From contig NC_043004.1 of assembly GCF_006345805.1 (NCBI RefSeq), positions 27,094,001-27,158,000 of the forward strand: DNA of 64,000 nt, written 5' to 3'. Made by a program: the position numbers and the translations under genes. Below the pieces are notes generated by a model, which did no database searches, was not told the origin of the DNA, and saw only the letters and a list, made by a program, of their open reading frames with translations. This document shows positions 12,010 to 23,908 of this stretch, one piece after another. This stretch comes from Octopus sinensis. Lineage: Eukaryota. Every line of letters begins with the position of its first letter. The first letter of the stretch is position 1.

Positions 12010-12790
12010 ATTCACCCCACTCTAGGGGACTCTGTCTTCTTTTGCAAGTTACTTGGTGACCCCACCAATGCTGGTGCAACGAAAAAAGCACCCAATATAC
12101 TTTGTAAAATGGCTGGCATTAGGAAGAGCAAACAACCATAGAAGCCATGCCAAAACAGACTATAGAACTTGGCATAGCCCTCTGTTTGCCTACTCTCCAC
12201 TATCACTCTCAGCCTCACATCCTCGGGTAAAACTATCTATTTCCTCTGCAATCCTGTTTAGGTCATATAAACTTGCTTGTATGACCATCTCTATGCCATA
12301 ACCTCATCAATTTAATCTTTTGGTCCTCGTCACTCAGTATCTTTGCATGATCTTCCATGTTGAGCATAATTGCTGCTACCAACCACGTTTCATTTATTTC
12401 TTGGGGTGATTTACTCACTCTCACCCTGGCAACATGCTTGTCACAGTACATTGGTAAAAGTACTCATTCTTCTGTTTTTATGGCTTCAGTGGAGTGCTTT
12501 ATCGCTTCGTCTTTCGTTGTGAATTGCACCTCCACTGTGCCATACTTCCTTCCTCATGTGATGAACGTGGTGAATTTCTAAATTTCTTTTAAGCTCTCTT
12601 TAATAGCTTCAATGGTTGCTATTTCTATTTTCCTGGATGACACCTTCAGTGTTTTAAATATAATAGTTCTTTTTGTCACACTGTTCGTTAATTCCTCTGG
12701 TGGCGTTAATTTTAAAGTATTGACTTCCTTTTTCAACAATTTTTCACACTCTTTCAGCAAACCCTTGGAGTGACAAGCTGGGATTGTCAT
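12010..12790 (-). pseudogene. decayed LINE ORF1-like (RNA-binding) coding remnant
   Basis: Three consecutive protein-like ORF pieces broken by stops or frameshifts: ...KRTIIFKTLKVSSRKIEIATIEAIKESL / RKYGTVEVQFTTKDEA / LLPMYCDKHVARVRVSKSPQEINETWLVAAI / LPEDVRLRVIVE. Family assignment is inference. Confidence 0.45.
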
Positions 12791-13116
12791 TTCTAAAAGC
12801 TAAGAATCATTTACTATTGAAAGACTGACCAGCTGCAAAGATATCAACAATTTTTTCTTCTTCCTCTCCTTCTTCCTTTTCTTCTCTTTTACTTTAACAC
12901 TACTTTCAGATACAAACACACACACACAAGCACTTTCTCTCACTTTCTACCCATTCCTCGCCCTCTTGTACTATTTTATATCTCTTCCCACCCCTCACAC
13001 TCAATAATGCTATAAAACGAGATAAAGTTCCTGCAAAGGATCAATTTGCCAACTCCATATATATATATATAAGAGAACAAAGTGTATGTACGCCGCTATA
13101 TATATATATATATATA

Positions 13117-13400
13117 AGTACAAAATGGGACAAGAACACAAAACATCCAGATAGACAATACAAAAAACATGGACGGGTCATTTGCAGCCTTTAATCTTCA
13201 GTCAAGAACTGGATCATCCTCACAATTTCAGCTGATTAATTTTGAGATTGCGCCAATCTGGCCATCCCCAAGGAAAAACTAAGCTAAGAGCATTAGATTA
13301 CTGGGAAAAAAGCTTTGAATGTATACGAAACAAGGATGGGAAAATGGACGATGTTACACGAATATAAATACAAAAAAAGTGATATTTGGTTGAAGGAAAC
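13117..13400 (-). mobile_element. possible Penelope-like terminal fragment between (TA)n tracts
   Basis: Flanked by (TA)n on both sides. Minus strand has cttgaCTGAAGA...caaatgacccgtc, resembling decayed PLE ends. Confidence 0.3.
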
Positions 13401-13962
13401 ATATATATATATATATATATAAATACACACATGCATATATATATATATATATATACGCGTGCATATATACCCCCCCACATATATATATACATACACACAC
13501 ACACAAATATATGTACTTATATGTACGTGTATGTGTGTGTTTGCGTGTGTGTGAAGAAACTGCAGAGATAGAAAGATTACTGTCACATTTTAAACTACTT
13601 TTGCTTTAAAAGTTTAGAGTACAATTTTTTGGTATTTTGAAACGGTTTTTATTCTTTCATCAAATTATTACTTACATTATGAATGTATTCACCGAATGTC
13701 TACAGTTCTTCAGTTTACCTATAGTCTTTTAAATGCTTCTTAAACATTATGTAAAACAAAAAAAAAAACACCAAAAAAGATCCACCAAAATAAAAGCAAA
13801 ATACATTCGTTTTTGCTTTTTTGCTTTTTTAAAGAGTAAACTGTTAGCAGTGTGTCTGAAGTTGATCTCTGATTTGAGAAATTGCTTTCGTTAATAGTCA
13901 CACTTCTATTTGTATGAAATTTGTTTTATATATTACATATTAGTTTGTTGTTGTTTATTCAG

Positions 13963-14014
13963 GCCATTAATCTGTGTTTTCTAAATGGAGGATACTAGAG
14001 ACACAAACGATAAG
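13963..14014 (+). CDS. candidate exon of an unidentified host gene, with a start codon (MEDTRDTNDK)
   Basis: Acceptor ttgttgttgtttattcAG and donor AAG/GTGAGT. ATG at 13985 gives 10 codons, phase 0. No homology recognised. Confidence 0.3.
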
Positions 14015-14455
14015 GTGAGTAATCCTAAATATCTTTAATACTTAAATTGTTGTTAAACATTTTAAAACAAACAAAATAATCAAAATACATTTTCTTTTTT
14101 ATAATTTCAAAATAACCATTAAGTTAAACTGCCAATATATTCCAGATTGACATTTTGTTTTCCTTTTTTTTAAAAATCAGACTAATCCTTTAGTTGTGAA
14201 GGAACATTGACAAATCTGTTGTTGAAACATACGAGTCAGTGACATCATTACATGGTGATGGCAGTAAAATCTAATTAATTAATTCTACTTACTTAATGTA
14301 GAGAAGAAAGTATTAGTTTAGTGACAGAAATATTAATTTTAATCTTGGCAAGTAAGGGCAACAACTTTTGTTGTGTTTCTACTTTAACGGTCTTTGCATT
14401 TACTAGATTAGCAATAAGATAATTAACATATTGATTGTTGAAATAACACTGACAG

Positions 14456-14504
14456 AAATATTTACTGATGTGTCATAAGTACCGTAGGAAAGATTTACCT
14501 CCAA
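14456..14504 (+). CDS. candidate second exon (KYLLMCHKYRRKDLPP)
   Basis: ctgacAG acceptor and CAA/GTGAGT donor. Only the phase-0 frame is open, compatible with the 13963 exon. The donor coincides with the start of a minisatellite. Confidence 0.22.
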
Positions 14505-15850
14505 GTGAGTAAATTCAAAACAAGATGAGTAAATTTTAAATCAGATGGGAAAATTAAAAACTGAATAAATCTGAAATCAAGTGAGCAAATTTTAAACAAG
14601 ATTAGTAAATTTCATGGCAGATGAATACATTTTAAACCAAATGAATAAATTTAAAGGACAAGTAAATTTTAAACTGGTAAAGTTAACTGGAAATTAGATG
14701 AGTAAATTTGGAGGTGCAATGGCCCAGTGTTTAGGGCAGCGGACTCGTGGTCATAGGATTGTGGTTTCGATTCCCAGACCGGGTGTTGTGAGTGTTTATT
14801 GAGTGAAAGCACCTAAAGGTCCACGAGGCTCCGGCAGGGGGTGGTGGTGAACCCTGCTGTACTCTTTCACCACAACTTTCTCTCACTCTATCTTCCTGTT
14901 TCTGTTGTACCTGTATTTCAACGGGCCAGCCTTGTCACACTCTGTGTCACGCTGAATCTCCCCCGAGAACTACGTTAAGGGTACATGTGTCTGTGGAATG
15001 CTCAGCCACTTGCACGTTAATTTCATGAGCAAGCTGTTCCATTGATCAGATCAACTGGAACCCTTGTCATCGTAACTGACAGAGTGCCAACAGATGAGTA
15101 AATTTAAAACCAGAATGGTAAATGATTTAAACCAAGATGAGTAAATTTAAAATCAGATGAGTAAATTTAAAACAATATGATTAAATATAAAGCCAGATGA
15201 ATGAATTTAAAAGAAGATTAATTTTAAATCAAGCCAAAAATATTCAAAACAAGATAAGCAATTTTGCAGTAAACTTAATAAATTTAAAACATGATGAGTA
15301 AATTTAAAACTGGAAGAGTAAATTCAAAACAGGATAAGTAATGAATTGCTGATCTTCATGTTTCTTTTAAAATTTTACCATAAAACCAGATGAATAATTT
15401 AAGCTCAGATGATTAAGATGGAGGTTAGCTCCACAACCTAAAAGTTGGCTCCAGATGAGTAGAACTAATACATAGTTAGTTTTAAAGAAAGACATTAGTT
15501 AGCTTCAAACAGCAGACAAGTAGAATCATAAATCAGAAGTATATTGCAGATGAGTAGAACCTTAGATAGAGCTTAACTCCAGATAAATGGAACCATAACA
15601 GAAAGGCTCACTTCTGATGAGCCTCCTATGTAGAACCATAATTCAGAAGTAAACAAGTAGAATCAGTATTGGTTATCTCTTACACATTGAACCAATGGCT
15701 AAAGGTTTAATCCAGAAAAGTTGAATTAAAACACAGATATTAGTGCCACACATGTAGGACTATAAAGCAGAGGTTAGTTTCTCATGAGAACGACCATAAA
15801 ACAAAAGTTGTTAGCTCAAGTGAATAAAACTAAGACAGTTTACAAAAAGA
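14500..15850 (+). repeat. degenerate minisatellite: ~20-bp unit AGATGAGTAAATTTAAAACC grading into a ~33-bp unit, interrupted by a SINE
   Basis: Repeated agatgagtaaattt at 14696, 15092, 15135, 15155 and elsewhere. Later cagatgagtagaac-like units at 15452, 15513, 15547 and 15580. Confidence 0.8.
14710..15091 (+). mobile_element. tRNA-derived SINE (family C: head T, domain X, tail 1)
   Basis: Head ggaggtgcaatggcccagtgtttagggcagcggactcg...ggtttcgattccc has A/B-box-like motifs. Flanked by 14-bp direct repeats agatgagtaaattt (14696-14709, 15092-15105). Confidence 0.85.
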
Positions 15851-15907
15851 CAAAGAAGCCAAGTCAATGACAAATCCTGTATGTGATTGCTTGCTACTGA
15901 AGACATA

Positions 15908-15947
15908 TCAACCAAATGTCCCTAAAAAAAAAGGGACATTTGGTTGA
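15908..15947. repeat. perfect 16-bp inverted repeat with A8 loop
   Basis: TCAACCAAATGTCCCT-AAAAAAAA-AGGGACATTTGGTTGA. Confidence 0.95.
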
Positions 15948-17435
15948 AGAAAACATTAGTTAATGCATACACGTTGATACTATGTCTGAAATTAGATTGG
16001 TTGTTCATGGTTGTAATGTTTTGAACACTGATTCAATCAGAAATTACTGGAGGGAAATAATAATTACAGCTAAGTGAAATTCACTCCCTCTGTGTTACAA
16101 ATATATTTTGCAGTGGTGGTAGGAGGTAAAGAACTGCACAGCTTTCTGGTCTTTTAAATTTTAAGTTGTTGAACTAAAATAAAAATAAAATAAAGTCAAT
16201 TTTAGAGTGAAAATTGATATCACCTGACAAAAACACTTTAATCGACATATTCATTAATCTTTGATAAAAACATGATGGACTTGGTTGCATGATATTTCAC
16301 AATGAGGAATATTCCTGGAGGTGTGATTAACTATCTTGCTATTAAAGAATGAGACATGGGAAATGGGGTATGACATCTTCCTGATTCTTGAAAAGATATT
16401 AAACTCACAGAGTACTCAAACTGTATTTTATATCAATCAATATGAACTCTCCAAACACCAATTAAATTTCTGATATTTAACTTGCTGTTTTAGAGCAATC
16501 ACTTTTACTTGTTCTAGCCAATAAAATGTGGCTATGGTGAAGCAATGCCGGAGAGAAACAAAACAGGAGCTGAATTTCATTTCCTTTCAATTCTTTCAAA
16601 ATCCAAGGCAACTGTAATAACCTCTATCATGGAAGATGTGAAAACATTTGTGAAAAAAGCTAATGGGTTTCACACCTGATTTATTGCAAACACAAAGGTG
16701 GATATTTCTTACTGCAATGCAATGATGCAACATATCTTAAGAAGGACTGATTCTCAAACAACACTTGGTTATTTTTTCCAATGCAACTATATAAACATAC
16801 TCACTCACATATACAGACATATAGCTATGTACATGCAGAAACATACACGCAAATGAATGTATAAGAAAAAGTGAGCTAAGTTGAAAGAATATCCTTTTTA
16901 GCAGAAATAAATCACCTAGTGGAAACTGTGGAATCGTCTTGACACAGCCTCATCTACAAATTTTAACCATATTGTTATCAAGTTAGTACAGTAACTTTTC
17001 AAGTGTACAGAAAAGTTTCTCTATTTTTCATTTATGATAAAGTAAACTTGACCACTTTTTAGTAATATTCACTTTCTTTAGTTAATAGTGTAGTTAAGGA
17101 TGGATGTTTTTGTGTGTTGATTGTTTAGTAGAAAGTAATCAGAGGCAGTAAATAATGTACCTGTTGTGTATCCTGCTTATCTTGAAGTAATTACTATGTG
17201 CCAATAGTTGGATCATAATGGAGGTGGGGATAGTCAAACATTATAAATTATCTATTCTTGTGGAGTGGGGGGATTTTTGTAGAGTGTAGTTTTGTTGCCA
17301 ACCAGTGTTTCTCTATTTAGTATCATCATCATCACTGACATACAAACATACACACACATACATATACATACATACATTTATATATATATATATGTATATA
17401 TGTATGTATAAGGACGAAGTGGGATACACGAGTTG

Positions 17436-18270
17436 ATATATATGAAAAAACAAGTCAAGATAGAAAATGCTAAAATAATTTTATAAAGAACATTTCAGTG
17501 CCGGTTTCAGTCATTTGAGACCTTTTCAGCTGTAACAATTAAAAAATTAAATTTAGAAAAATTAAAAAAGTTTTTTTAAAAGAATATTTGTATAGTGTTT
17601 GAATATAAGTGGCATTTTCCTTGTTTCTGCCTGTCTCTGTCTCTCTTGTTTACTCTTGTGGGTTCAAGGTCTGGGGGAGGGAGAAATAAGAAGGAGGAGG
17701 AGGGGGAGAAGGGGAGGAAGAATTTGGGATTGCCTTGATTGTTGTTGGTCAGTGGTTGCTAGTAGTTCCTGCTGTTCAATTCATGAAAATATTTCTATTG
17801 AAAGGTTTGTTTAAAGAATTTGCTTAGGTGTTATACTAAAAAGCATTTTAGTGTAACACCTACGTAAATTCTTTAAACAAACCTTTTAATAGAAATATTT
17901 TCATGAATTGAACAGCAGGAACTGCAAGTAACCACTGACCAACGACAATCAAGGCAATACCTAATTCTTCCTCCCCTTCTCCCCCTGCTCCTCCTCCTTC
18001 TTCTTCTTCTTCCCTACCAAGAATTCACATGGACCTTGAACCCACAAGAGTAAACAAAAGAGACAGAGACAGGCAGAAACAAGGAAAATGCCACTTATAT
18101 TCAAACACTATACAAATATTCTTTTAAAAAAACTTTTCTTTTAATTTTTCTAAATATAATTTTTTAATTGTTACAGTTGAAAAGGTCTCAAATGACTGAA
18201 ACCGGCACTGAAATGTTCTTTATAAAATTATTTTAGCATTTTCTATCTTGACTTGTTTTTTCATATATAT
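17436..18270. repeat. 835-bp fold-back palindrome (arms 406 and 425 bp, 4-nt loop)
   Basis: Arms 17436-17841 and 17846-18270, loop AGCA. One asymmetric purine-rich segment. (TA)-rich flanks. Confidence 0.95.
18171..18213 (+). ncRNA. degenerate minimal hammerhead-like motif (mirror copy 17493-17535 on the minus strand)
   Basis: TTACAG-(T/C)TGAAAA-GGTC-tcaaat-GACT-GAAA-CCGG-CA-CTGAAA. The architecture is intact, but both arms carry G8A and U16.1C substitutions. Confidence 0.55.
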
Positions 18271-18292
18271 ATGTATGTATATATATATATAT

Positions 18293-18691
18293 ACTAGCAG
18301 TATCGCCCGGCGTTGCTCGGGTTTGTAAGGGAAATAACTATATAAGCATTTTTAGAGAGTTATAGACAAAAAATAGCAAAAAAATGCATTAAAAATGGAA
18401 AAAAATTAAGGTAAATTTTTCTTTAAATCGTTGACACATCGTAGATATTTTTAGAGAGTTACTTCCCTTATATAATAGCGAAAAAAATGCATTAAAATGG
18501 AAAAATATGATGGTAAATTTTTTTTAAATCGTAGACTCATCGTAGATGCACGCTAATACCCAGAAGGGCTCGATATGAATCACGACTATAAGATACCCGG
18601 TTTTGGTTACACTGCACCGCAAAATGTGGGAGTAGTTAGGAATCTAAATCGTAGGAGACAGACACACAACTTCACTTTTATATATAAAGAT
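18293..18691 (+). mobile_element. non-autonomous Helentron/DINE-1-like element
   Basis: Begins ACTAGcagtatcgCCCGGcgttgctCGGG (5' hairpin), has two internal ~100-bp direct repeats, and ends ttttatatataaagat. Inserted at (TA)n. The same 5' end is found at 28764 on the minus strand. Confidence 0.7.
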
Positions 18692-18959
18692 ATAAGCCAC
18701 GTAGTTATATACACATACTTTGTTATATACACATTCTTAAAAGAAAATGTTATTTTGAACACAACATTTATAAAGAATAAAATATTTTTTGGTTTTTCTT
18801 TTAAACGGATACATACATTTATTAATAACTATATATAAGTGTCGTCTGTTTATACATAAACACTGTTTCATACTGCAATTATATATACATATATCTATAT
18901 ATAATATTATATAATAAAATATATACAGAATATGTGTATATATTTATGTATGTGTAAAT

Positions 18960-19600
18960 ATATACTGAAAGAAGCTCGGCCCGCCAATTAATACTACCAA
19001 AATTTAATGACAGAAAGTAAATTAAAAACCAATTTACCTTTTCTGTATTGTTATAGCAATTCGACCGTCTGTGTGTCTTTGCAAATGTGTTGGAATGATA
19101 AGTGAGTTGTGTTTGGCGCCTTTTTTACTAATAACAAACACACACGTGTTTGTATGTAGTTGTTTGAAACGTTTGTGTTTGTCACTGTCATATATGTATG
19201 TGTATGCGTGTGTGTGAGGAATGACACACACACACTCACGCACGCACACATGTACATCAATGCTTTCAGAGTGAAATGTTAAAATATTGAGTTTTCTCGA
19301 ATTTTGTCTTAATTGGGGGTAAAATTGAAAGAAATTTTGTATGACATGACCCAATGGAAGTACTTTGAAAAGTCATGGGTAAACTCTAATTGAAGAAATT
19401 GTGTGAGGAGTAAATCGTTATGTATTTATTTGTTTCTGTTTGCTGTGTTTTTTTTTCGTTTTATAGAAATAGTTTCACTTTAATCGTTGCAAACTTGCAG
19501 AGAGAAAGCCGTAGAAATTAGAGTGATAGCGTGAGTGAATCAGATCGCTCCCTTTTTGTGTGTGTGTGCGTGTGCTATAGCCCACACTAAGAAAAGCACT
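18960..19600. promoter_or_regulatory. CpG-enriched patch with splice signals on both strands (candidate promoter or 5'-UTR region)
   Basis: About 19 CpG in 18961-19700 versus about 5 in 15100-16900 (manual count). Plus donor after 19101, minus donor after 19038, and a well-bounded non-coding exon candidate at 19467-19530. Confidence 0.3.
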
Positions 19601-19803
19601 TGACTTACACACCACAATGTGAGTTTTCTCTAAATTTTGCTTAATTGGGGTTGAAATTTTAAAAACTGGACCTGGCACGACCTGATGCATTCTACTCTTA
19701 AAAATGCTAGGTAAATTGTAATTGAAGAAACCCTATATTGTAGATTTCTATAAGAGACAAAGGGAGGCAGATAAAATCTGCCTTTTATAATAAGATTATA
19801 ATA

Positions 19804-19807
<4 letters not shown>
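19289..19807 (+). mobile_element. possible Helitron-like element end with diverged ~110-bp direct repeats
   Basis: Homologous blocks at about 19289-19400 and 19621-19730 (gagttttctc..aattttg..cttaattgggg...taattgaagaaa). Terminal hairpin GGCAGAT-aaa-ATCTGCC followed by ttttataataagat and (TA)n. Confidence 0.4.
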
Positions 19808-19862
<55 letters not shown>

Positions 19863-19864
19863 TA

Positions 19865-20028
19865 CAACGAGCTTCTTTCAGTTTCTGTCTACCAAATCCA
19901 CTCACAAGGCTTTGGTTGGCCTGAGGCTAAGTAGAAGACACTTTCCCAAGGTGCCACACAGTGGGAATGAACCCAGAACCATGTGGTTGGTAAGCAAGCT
20001 ACTTACCACACAGCCACTCCTGCGCTTA
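19865..20028 (-). mobile_element. SINE family A, tRNA head plus core
   Basis: Reverse complement of the 5' half of 44390-44795. Confidence 0.85.
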
Positions 20029-20212
20029 TGTATATATTTATCAACAACAGTATCATCATCATCATCATCATCATTGCAGAGAACAGTTTATTAGTGCAGC
20101 AATGGATAGAGGTATGAACATTCTAGGGACAATTAGAGACATACTAGGTGTTATCCAGTTGGCAGCTTGAAGAATTGTGACATGAGGAAATTAACTCCAA
20201 TTTGGAATTTAA

Positions 20213-20389
20213 CCCTTTCGTTACTGTATTTCTGTTGAGATGCTCTGTGTTTCTTTCGATTAATTTTAAATATAACAAAGAATTTAGTACAATAACTTAG
20301 TTATCATTAAGCTAGTGTTAGGAACATAAATTGTGACTAAGGTTTGATGGAAGATTTTAATAGTTTCAGCCAGGTTGGTGTCGAAAGGG
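20213..20389. mobile_element. piggyBac-type MITE
   Basis: TTAA/CCCTTTCG ... CGAAAGGG/TCAA: 8-bp TIR and a TTAA target site (right copy mutated). Confidence 0.7.
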
Positions 20390-21231
20390 TCAAGAGGGAG
20401 AATACTAAACTTTTCTGTTAAGCAGAGTTGGCACTTGTTACCAATAAAATGGGCTGGAGCAGATACTATAATGGACTGAACAAAGCTGTAGTTGGTTCCC
20501 TTGTTTTTTTAAATTCCAAATATAAGAGCTGTATGAATTTTACCCATGGTGGAATTGTGCAGAGTAATGCCTTGCCGGTTATTTACTAAATCTTGCTGGA
20601 ACATACATAATGCTGTATATATATGGAAGAGGAAAGAAAACAAGAATCATAAAATGAATATTGATACCGGTAATGATACAGAGGGCAAAGGAATAAAAAG
20701 ACACAATAGACAGTGATAAATATGATGATAGTGGTGACATTAGAAAATACAGTAACAACAATAGTAGTGATGGCACTTCTACTGTTAGCACTAACAATAG
20801 TATCGACAAAAAACTAATAATACAAATTGGGGTATAATAATATTAGTGATGTGGATAATAATGATGATGATAATAATAATAATGCTAATAATAATAATAT
20901 TAATCCTTTCTACTATGGGCTCAAGGCCTGGAATTTGGTGGGGAAGGGACCAGTTGATTACATCAACTCCAATGTTTCATTGGTACTTAATTTATCAACC
21001 CCAAAAAGATGAAAGGCAAAGTCAACCTCAGTGGAATTTGAACTCAGAACATAGCAACTGGTGAACTACCACTAAGCATTTCGTCCAGTATGCTAATGAC
21101 TCTGCCATCTCACTGCCTAGATAATAATAAAATAATAATATGTATGTTGGTATTTGTACACATACATACATACATACATACATACATACATACATACATA
21201 CACACATACATACATATATACATTCAAACGA

Positions 21232-21523
21232 GATTGTTGCCAATGCCACTGGACTGGCTCCTGTGCAGGTGGCACGTAAAAAACACCATTTGAGCATGGC
21301 TGTTGCCAGTACCACCTGACTGGCCTTCATGCCGGTGGCACGTAAAAAGCACCCACTACACTCTCGTAGTGGTTGGTGTTAGGAAGGGCATTCAGCTGTA
21401 GAAACTCTGCCAGATCAGATTGGAGCCTGGTGCAGCTATCTGGTTCACCAACCCTCAGTCAAATTGTCCAATCCATGATAGCATGGAAAGCGGATGTTAA
21501 ACGATGATGATGATGATGATGAT
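21232..21523 (+). mobile_element. RTE-type 3' end with (ATG)n tail
   Basis: ggtggcacgtaaaaa..cacc occurs twice, then ggtgttaggaagggcattcagctgtagaaac...gttaaacgatgatgatg. Confidence 0.85.
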
Positions 21524-21872
21524 ACATAAAGAAAAGAAGGGTAAAGATGCCACTTGCTAAAAATTAAAGCAGAAGCTTCAAAAAACCATCAATTCTACAA
21601 TAAATACACACACATAATGAATATTTTAGAAATAGATGTTAAATACTGTCTACAACTGAGGATTGCAAAGCATGTCTCTCATGCACAGCATGAAATCAAT
21701 TGATATTGGGGTATGTATTAGACTACCTGTAGATTCCATCCTGAAGGTAGGCTTATTTTTTTTAATATTCATTACATTGCTTGGCTGTGTATTTATTGTA
21801 GAATTGGTGGTTTTTTGAAGCTTCCGTTTTAATTTTTAGCAAGCGGCATCTTTACTCTTCTTTTCTTTATAT

Positions 21873-21874
<2 letters not shown>

Positions 21875-21905
<31 letters not shown>

Positions 21906-21965
21906 GTTTAACGTCCGCTTTCCATGCTATCATGGATTGGACGATTTGACTGAGGATTGGTGAAC
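21875..21965 (-). mobile_element. extreme 3' end of the RTE-type tail
   Basis: (CAT)n followed by cgtttaacgtccgctttccatgcta. Confidence 0.8.
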
Positions 21966-22238
21966 CTTAATTCCCTTTCATCCTTCCTGGGTTAATAAAA
22001 TAGAATACCAGTCATTTGCTGGCAAAAATTTATTTAGCAATAGCTTCCCTCGAAATCTGTTGTCTTTTGCCATTCTTTTTGTTTCTCTTTGGCTTTGAGT
22101 AAATGGGCTGTGTCCATAACCACAGTACGCCTTTCAAAAGACGCTGATATTGATGTGGTTAATCTTCTTGTTAAATATTTAGAAATTAATACTTAATATC
22201 ACTGTCATTTACCTTTGTCTCACATTGTCTCCTGATCA

Positions 22239-22467
22239 TTAAACCATTAGCATTTAAAAGGGCCATATCCGGCCAAAAGTATTCTCCCTGTTTTACGTTC
22301 AAAATGGCCAGATCTGGTCTCTCACACCAACCCTACAATATTGTTTTAAAAATTAACAGCTACCTCATCAAAATCTCATAGCTACAAGGTAATGCATGAT
22401 TAGTTCAAAACAATGAGGACAAAAAAGCATTAATTTTGGCAGAATAATGCAAACACTAAAGGGTTAA
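22239..22467 (-). mobile_element. TTAA-flanked MITE (second copy 53829-54042, opposite orientation)
   Basis: Ends ttaaaccattagcatt and ctaaagggttaa. The internal sequence aligns with the reverse complement of 53829-54042. Confidence 0.7.
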
Positions 22468-23299
22468 TTCAACAAATTTCTGCTGTATTCCACCTTCTAT
22501 GTCAATTTGTTGCCATACTATTTCCTTCGCACCAAATTTCGATTCCTCGGTAAATAAAAACTTTCTTTCACTCCTCTCTTGCGAAATGCTATAATGAATT
22601 TGTTTTATTCCAACCTCATCATTAATTTCCTCTTCAGAGAGTGATTTCTTTACAACTACTTCCATATTTATGCAACACACTCACTTAAATGGTTTTTAAA
22701 GCTTGCATTCAAAGGAGAACAGGTAGTTGCCACAGCTGTTTTATGTTCTACAAAACTGAAATTGATACAAATGATGTTCACCAAGAACTTCAGCTGTTGA
22801 TATTTTACAAAGATAAGCTGGAGAGGAAGGATGGTGTTACTGTGTTGGAAGGTTTGCAGGGGGAAGGAGAGATATAGTAGAATCAATGAGAGGTGAAAAT
22901 GTAGAGGAAATTAAGACAGGTTGGGGTAGAGGCATACACAAAGGATAAATGTAATAACATGAAATTAGAGGTGAAGATGTGGGCGGAGTCAAGAAGACAT
23001 CAAAATGTTCAGTGTCTTTCATTTACTCATCAATAAAACTATGAGATGATAGAGTAACATTAGGATAATATAAAACAAGGTGAACATACCATCTGGCAGA
23101 CATATTTAAGTAATTATGGCATTTAATTAGCTAAAGACCAGAGGTTTGTTTAATGAGCAATAAAACTAGACTTTTCGTACACAAACAAGCAGGCAGATAG
23201 ACAAATAGCTGATATGTAGGTAGGTTGGTAGGTAAATGACGGGCAGGCAGATAAATAGGCTTATAACTAGCTAGTTAGCTTGATAGATATGTAGGTGTA

Positions 23300-23602
23300 C
23301 GTTTGTTCCTTCTCGAGCCATGCTTGTCTCATAATGGCCGGTTTCCTGGTTTCCTTGGCGTATAGGTTTCCCACCTGGACGGGATGCCAGTCCATTGCAG
23401 GTGAGCTGCAAGATGCAGGAGGAAAGAGTGAGAGAAAGTTGTGGCAAAAGAGTCAGCAGAAGTTCACCATTACCTTCTGCCGGAGCTGCGTGGAGCTTAG
23501 GTGTTTCGCTCATAAACACACACATCACCCGGTTTGAGATTCGAACCCGTGATTCCTCGACCGCGAGTCCGCTGCTCTAACCACTAGGCCATGTGCCTCC
23601 AC
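23300..23602 (-). mobile_element. tRNA-derived SINE (head T, domain X, tail 2) with 11-bp TSD
   Basis: Minus strand starts GGAGGCACATGGCCTAGTGGTTAGAGCAGCGGACTCGCGG..GGTTCGAATC. TSD atgtaggtgta at 23289-23299 and 23603-23613. Confidence 0.9.
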
Positions 23603-23642
23603 ATGTAGGTGTATAGGTACTTGGATAGTTTTTAGGGACACA

Positions 23643-23692
<50 letters not shown>

Positions 23693-23908
23693 TTGCCTTT
23701 TACCTCATAAATTTAACTTCACGTTAATGAGTTCCTAATTCTAAACTGAATTAATGTTATTCTACAAGATGCAATTGAAAGAAGAGTACAAAACATTTTT
23801 ACAAATGAAACATTGACAAGCAGCTGTTGATAACCAGCTGTAGAGCAACACTGTTGAAGTGTTGAAGTTTGTCAGTCAATTTGTTAGTTGTATCCTAGAT
23901 AATTTCAG

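Noticed and set aside
13170-13215. Additional hammerhead motif (CTGAAGA on the minus strand)
   Set aside because: GAAA is disrupted and I found no stem I pairing.
14710-14790. tRNA genes (also at 23530-23602, 33548, 44390 and 51460-51532)
   Set aside because: tRNA-like heads run directly into SINE bodies, and I could not form a complete cloverleaf.
22040-22240. Minus-strand exon pair ending TTSISASFERRTVVMDTAHLLKAKEKQKEWQKTTDFEGSYC*
   Set aside because: The implied intron is under 50 nt, the upstream exon is cut by a MITE, and I recognised no homology.
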